Shown in pieces: positions 25,273-27,643 of a stretch of DNA of 27,643 bases. Source of the DNA: Patescibacteria group bacterium (GTDB taxonomy: Bacteria > Patescibacteriota > Minisyncoccia > Portnoybacterales > GWB1-42-6); contig JAHKAK010000007.1 in assembly GCA_018826025.1 (NCBI GenBank), positions 1 through 27,643 on the forward strand. Reading direction: 5' to 3'. The notes under the pieces are model-generated. The model searched no databases, was not told the DNA's origin, and was given only the letters and a program-made list of their open reading frames with translations. The first letter of the stretch is position 1, and the number at the start of each line of letters is the position of its first letter. The position numbers and the translations under genes were made by a program.

Positions 25273-26106
25273 TTATTTTTTACCTTCTATCGCATACAAA
25301 GAATCCCTTACTCTTCTCATTTTTCCTAATTTTTCTGAATATTTATCAATTCTTTCCATTGCATTTTTTTGATACCAAACATCTTTATATTTAGATTTAG
25401 ATTTAGATTTTCCTTCTTCTTTTAGGACAGCGCGATAATTTTTAATTATTTCGGACACATGCCTTATCTCGTTCTCTATTAATACCCGAGCGTTCTCGTA
25501 GTTACCGTACATTAATTCATTTGACACATCTCCCCATTTTTTTACATCAAGCAACCAGTTTCTTTTATCGTCAGCATTTAAATCTCTATCCCGATTATTA
25601 ATTTCATCCATCTCATCAATCTTGTTAAGATATTCACTATTAAAAAATTCCGCCATCTCTTCGGGTTTCATAAAATTATTTCTTGTAAAAAATTCGTTGC
25701 TTGTTTCAAAAATTGCTCTACGCCATTCTTCTAAATTTTTACCCTTATTCTCTGAATTTAATAGGAGAGACATTCTTTCTAAGGACTCGACCGCTGAACC
25801 GCCCATACCACGGTCTAAACCATGAATTTTTTCGTTTAAATCGTCTATGTACTGCTCATCACTTTCTATGCCTTCATTTCTGCCTTGTATTTTGTCTCTT
25901 ACTATATTAATCTTTAAATCGTTAATCCGTTTTTCTAAATATTTCCTAGCTAAACCATATTTTTCAGTATTCTTTTCTTGCTCATGATTTTTATAACCGA
26001 CTTCTAAGGTTTCTTCTCTTTCTTTGCTCATCTTTGCTTCTTTTTCTGACATCATTTCCTTGACTTTTTTTATTTCCTCCGAAGGCGGAGCATATTGTTC
26101 TTTCAT
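25273..26106 (-). CDS. Hypothetical highly charged, helical protein (AT-rich)
   Basis: 277 aa ORF, K/E-rich; upstream TTGCAA-16-TATACT motif; no family recognised. Confidence 0.7.
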   Translation of the reverse strand: MKEQYAPPSEEIKKVKEMMSEKEAKMSKEREETLEVGYKNHEQEKNTEKYGLARKYLEKRINDLKINIVRDKIQGRNEGIESDEQYIDDLNEKIHGLDRGMGGSAVESLERMSLLLNSENKGKNLEEWRRAIFETSNEFFTRNNFMKPEEMAEFFNSEYLNKIDEMDEINNRDRDLNADDKRNWLLDVKKWGDVSNELMYGNYENARVLIENEIRHVSEIIKNYRAVLKEEGKSKSKSKYKDVWYQKNAMERIDKYSEKLGKMRRVRDSLYAIEGKK

Positions 26107-26285
26107 TGTTTTTCTATTTATTTATTGATTTATTAAAATTTGCGTATTTTATGAATACCTGCTATAACGCATACGCTTTAATACCAGTATAGCAAATAGC
26201 TACAATCTTGCAAGATTTTGAAAAATAACAAAAGTCCGTTATAATGTTAGAGTTATCATTTAAGAGAGTACTCTTTATCTGTTCA

Positions 26286-26361
26286 AAATCTCCCCTACCC
26301 CCTCCTAAAGGAGGGGAACTGATTTTTACCCCCTCCCTTTAGGGAGGGCTGGGGAGGATTT
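26286..26361. repeat. CCCCTACCCCCTCC..GGAGGGCTGGGGAGG family hairpins
   Basis: Two CCCCTCC/GGAGGGG hairpins inside an outer stem. Confidence 0.75.
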
Positions 26362-26430
26362 GTATTCTTTTCGTATATTCGTATTGTTTCGTATTTCGTA
26401 GTCATAACAAACAAAATTAACACAATCAAG

Positions 26431-27643
26431 ATGAACTTAATTATTGTTGAATCTCCCACCAAAGCCAAGACAATTCAGCGGTTTTTGCCGGCTGATTTTG
26501 TTGTGCGCTCCTCGTTCGGGCATGTTCGTGATTTGCCCAAAGGCAAAATCGGCGTGGATACCGAGCATAATTTTGAGCCGCAATACGTGGTGTCTATCGT
26601 GGCGCGCAAAAAATTGGCCGAGATAAAAAAAGTTCTGCCCAAGGCCGCCAAAGTTATTCTGGCCTCCGACGAAGACCGGGAAGGCGAAGCCATTGCCTGG
26701 CATCTCACCCAGGCCCTTGGCCTGGGAAATTCCAATAACCAAGAAACAAATTCCAAAAAAAAATCAAACGCCAAATCCGCCTCCACTGAAACAAAAACAA
26801 GTAAAAAAATTCCAACCGAACGCATTGTTTTCCACGAAATTACCAAAAGCGCGATAGAACGGGCTTTGCAAAATCCGCGCCAGATCGATATGGCGCTGGT
26901 CAACGCCCAACAGGCGCGCCGGATTTTAGACCGGCTGGTGGGCTATGAACTTTCGCCATTTTTATGGCAAAAAGTTGCCAAGGGACTTTCGGCCGGCCGC
27001 GTGCAATCAGTGGCCGTGCGCTTGATTGTTGAGCGGGAACGGGAAATCCAAAAATTTAAACCCGAAGAATACTGGACGATTGAAGCATTACTCCAAAAAA
27101 TCCTAAATTCAAAATCCGAAATCCTAAACAAATCCCAAATTCAAAATCCCAATATTCCAAACGAATTCTTAGCTACGTTGACCAAAGTGAATAATCTTGC
27201 CATTCCAAAACTCGGAATAAAAACGCAAAGCGAAGCGGGAAAAATTATTGACGACTTAAAAGATGCGGCTTGGCAAGTGGCGCGAATTGAGCAAAAAGAC
27301 ACCAATAAATATCCCGCTCCCCCTTTTGTGACCAGCACTCTGCAACAGGACGCGGTGAACAAGCTCCATTTTTCCGCCAAACAAACCATGCAAATTGCCC
27401 AACAGCTTTACGAAGGCATAAACTTGGGCAAGGAAGGCTCGGTGGGCTTAATCACCTATATGCGCACTGATTCTACCAACTTAGCGCAAGAAGCGCTGGG
27501 CAGTATTGGTAAATATATCTTGGATAAATTCGGTAAAAATTATCTGCCAGAGGGCGCGAGAATTTACAAAACCAAATCCAAGGGCGCGCAGGAAGCCCAC
27601 GAAGCCATTCGGCCAACCCACATTGCTTTTGAGCCGGATAAAA
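26431..27643 (+). CDS. topA: DNA topoisomerase I (5' part, runs off the window; absent from the ORF track)
   Basis: MNLIIVESPTKAK, SFGHVRDLP, ASDEDREGEAIAWH, DRLVGY, SAGRVQS, LITYMRTDS, QEAHEAIRPT. Confidence 0.97.
   Translation, partial: MNLIIVESPTKAKTIQRFLPADFVVRSSFGHVRDLPKGKIGVDTEHNFEPQYVVSIVARKKLAEIKKVLPKAAKVILASDEDREGEAIAWHLTQALGLGNSNNQETNSKKKSNAKSASTETKTSKKIPTERIVFHEITKSAIERALQNPRQIDMALVNAQQARRILDRLVGYELSPFLWQKVAKGLSAGRVQSVAVRLIVEREREIQKFKPEEYWTIEALLQKILNSKSEILNKSQIQNPNIPNEFLATLTKVNNLAIPKLGIKTQSEAGKIIDDLKDAAWQVARIEQKDTNKYPAPPFVTSTLQQDAVNKLHFSAKQTMQIAQQLYEGINLGKEGSVGLITYMRTDSTNLAQEALGSIGKYILDKFGKNYLPEGARIYKTKSKGAQEAHEAIRPTHIAFEPDK

Noticed and set aside
1-27643. tRNA, rRNA, tmRNA, SRP or RNase P RNA; recoded TGA (code 25)
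   Set aside because: No signature motifs seen by eye (tRNAscan/cmscan would settle it); conserved genes are full-length under code 11

Overview
This 27.6-kb window looks like chromosome from a Patescibacteria (CPR, Parcubacteria-like) bacterium using genetic code 11. The taxonomy is inferred from protein types and intergenic repeat families, not from a search. The backbone is housekeeping: comEC, nrdG-nrdD (class III RNR), ftsZ-ftsA, ybeY-yqeY-rpsU-HIT-hisS-lepB, an LCP protein, pth, dprA and a 5' part of topA that the ORF track misses. Accessory material includes a hicBA cassette between attC-like sites, a DUF3800 gene with a convergent promoter-driven structured RNA, a subtilase, small membrane proteins and several gene remnants (type IIG RM C-terminus, wHTH, coupling-ATPase C-terminus, mfd 3' end). 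The most unusual signal is non-coding. (i) A 155-nt multi-stem element occurs twice, right after the stop codons of rpsU and yqeY, and varies almost only in its loops. (ii) A repeated multi-hairpin unit at 3.7-4.4 kb shows compensatory base changes. (iii) A 127-nt strand-specific structured leader precedes two small membrane genes. (iv) Many short palindromic elements occur, some nested and some in frame inside topA and ybeY, with no transposase in the window. I found no CRISPR array, tRNA, rRNA, reverse transcriptase or intact transposase/integrase. All folds and alignments were done by eye.
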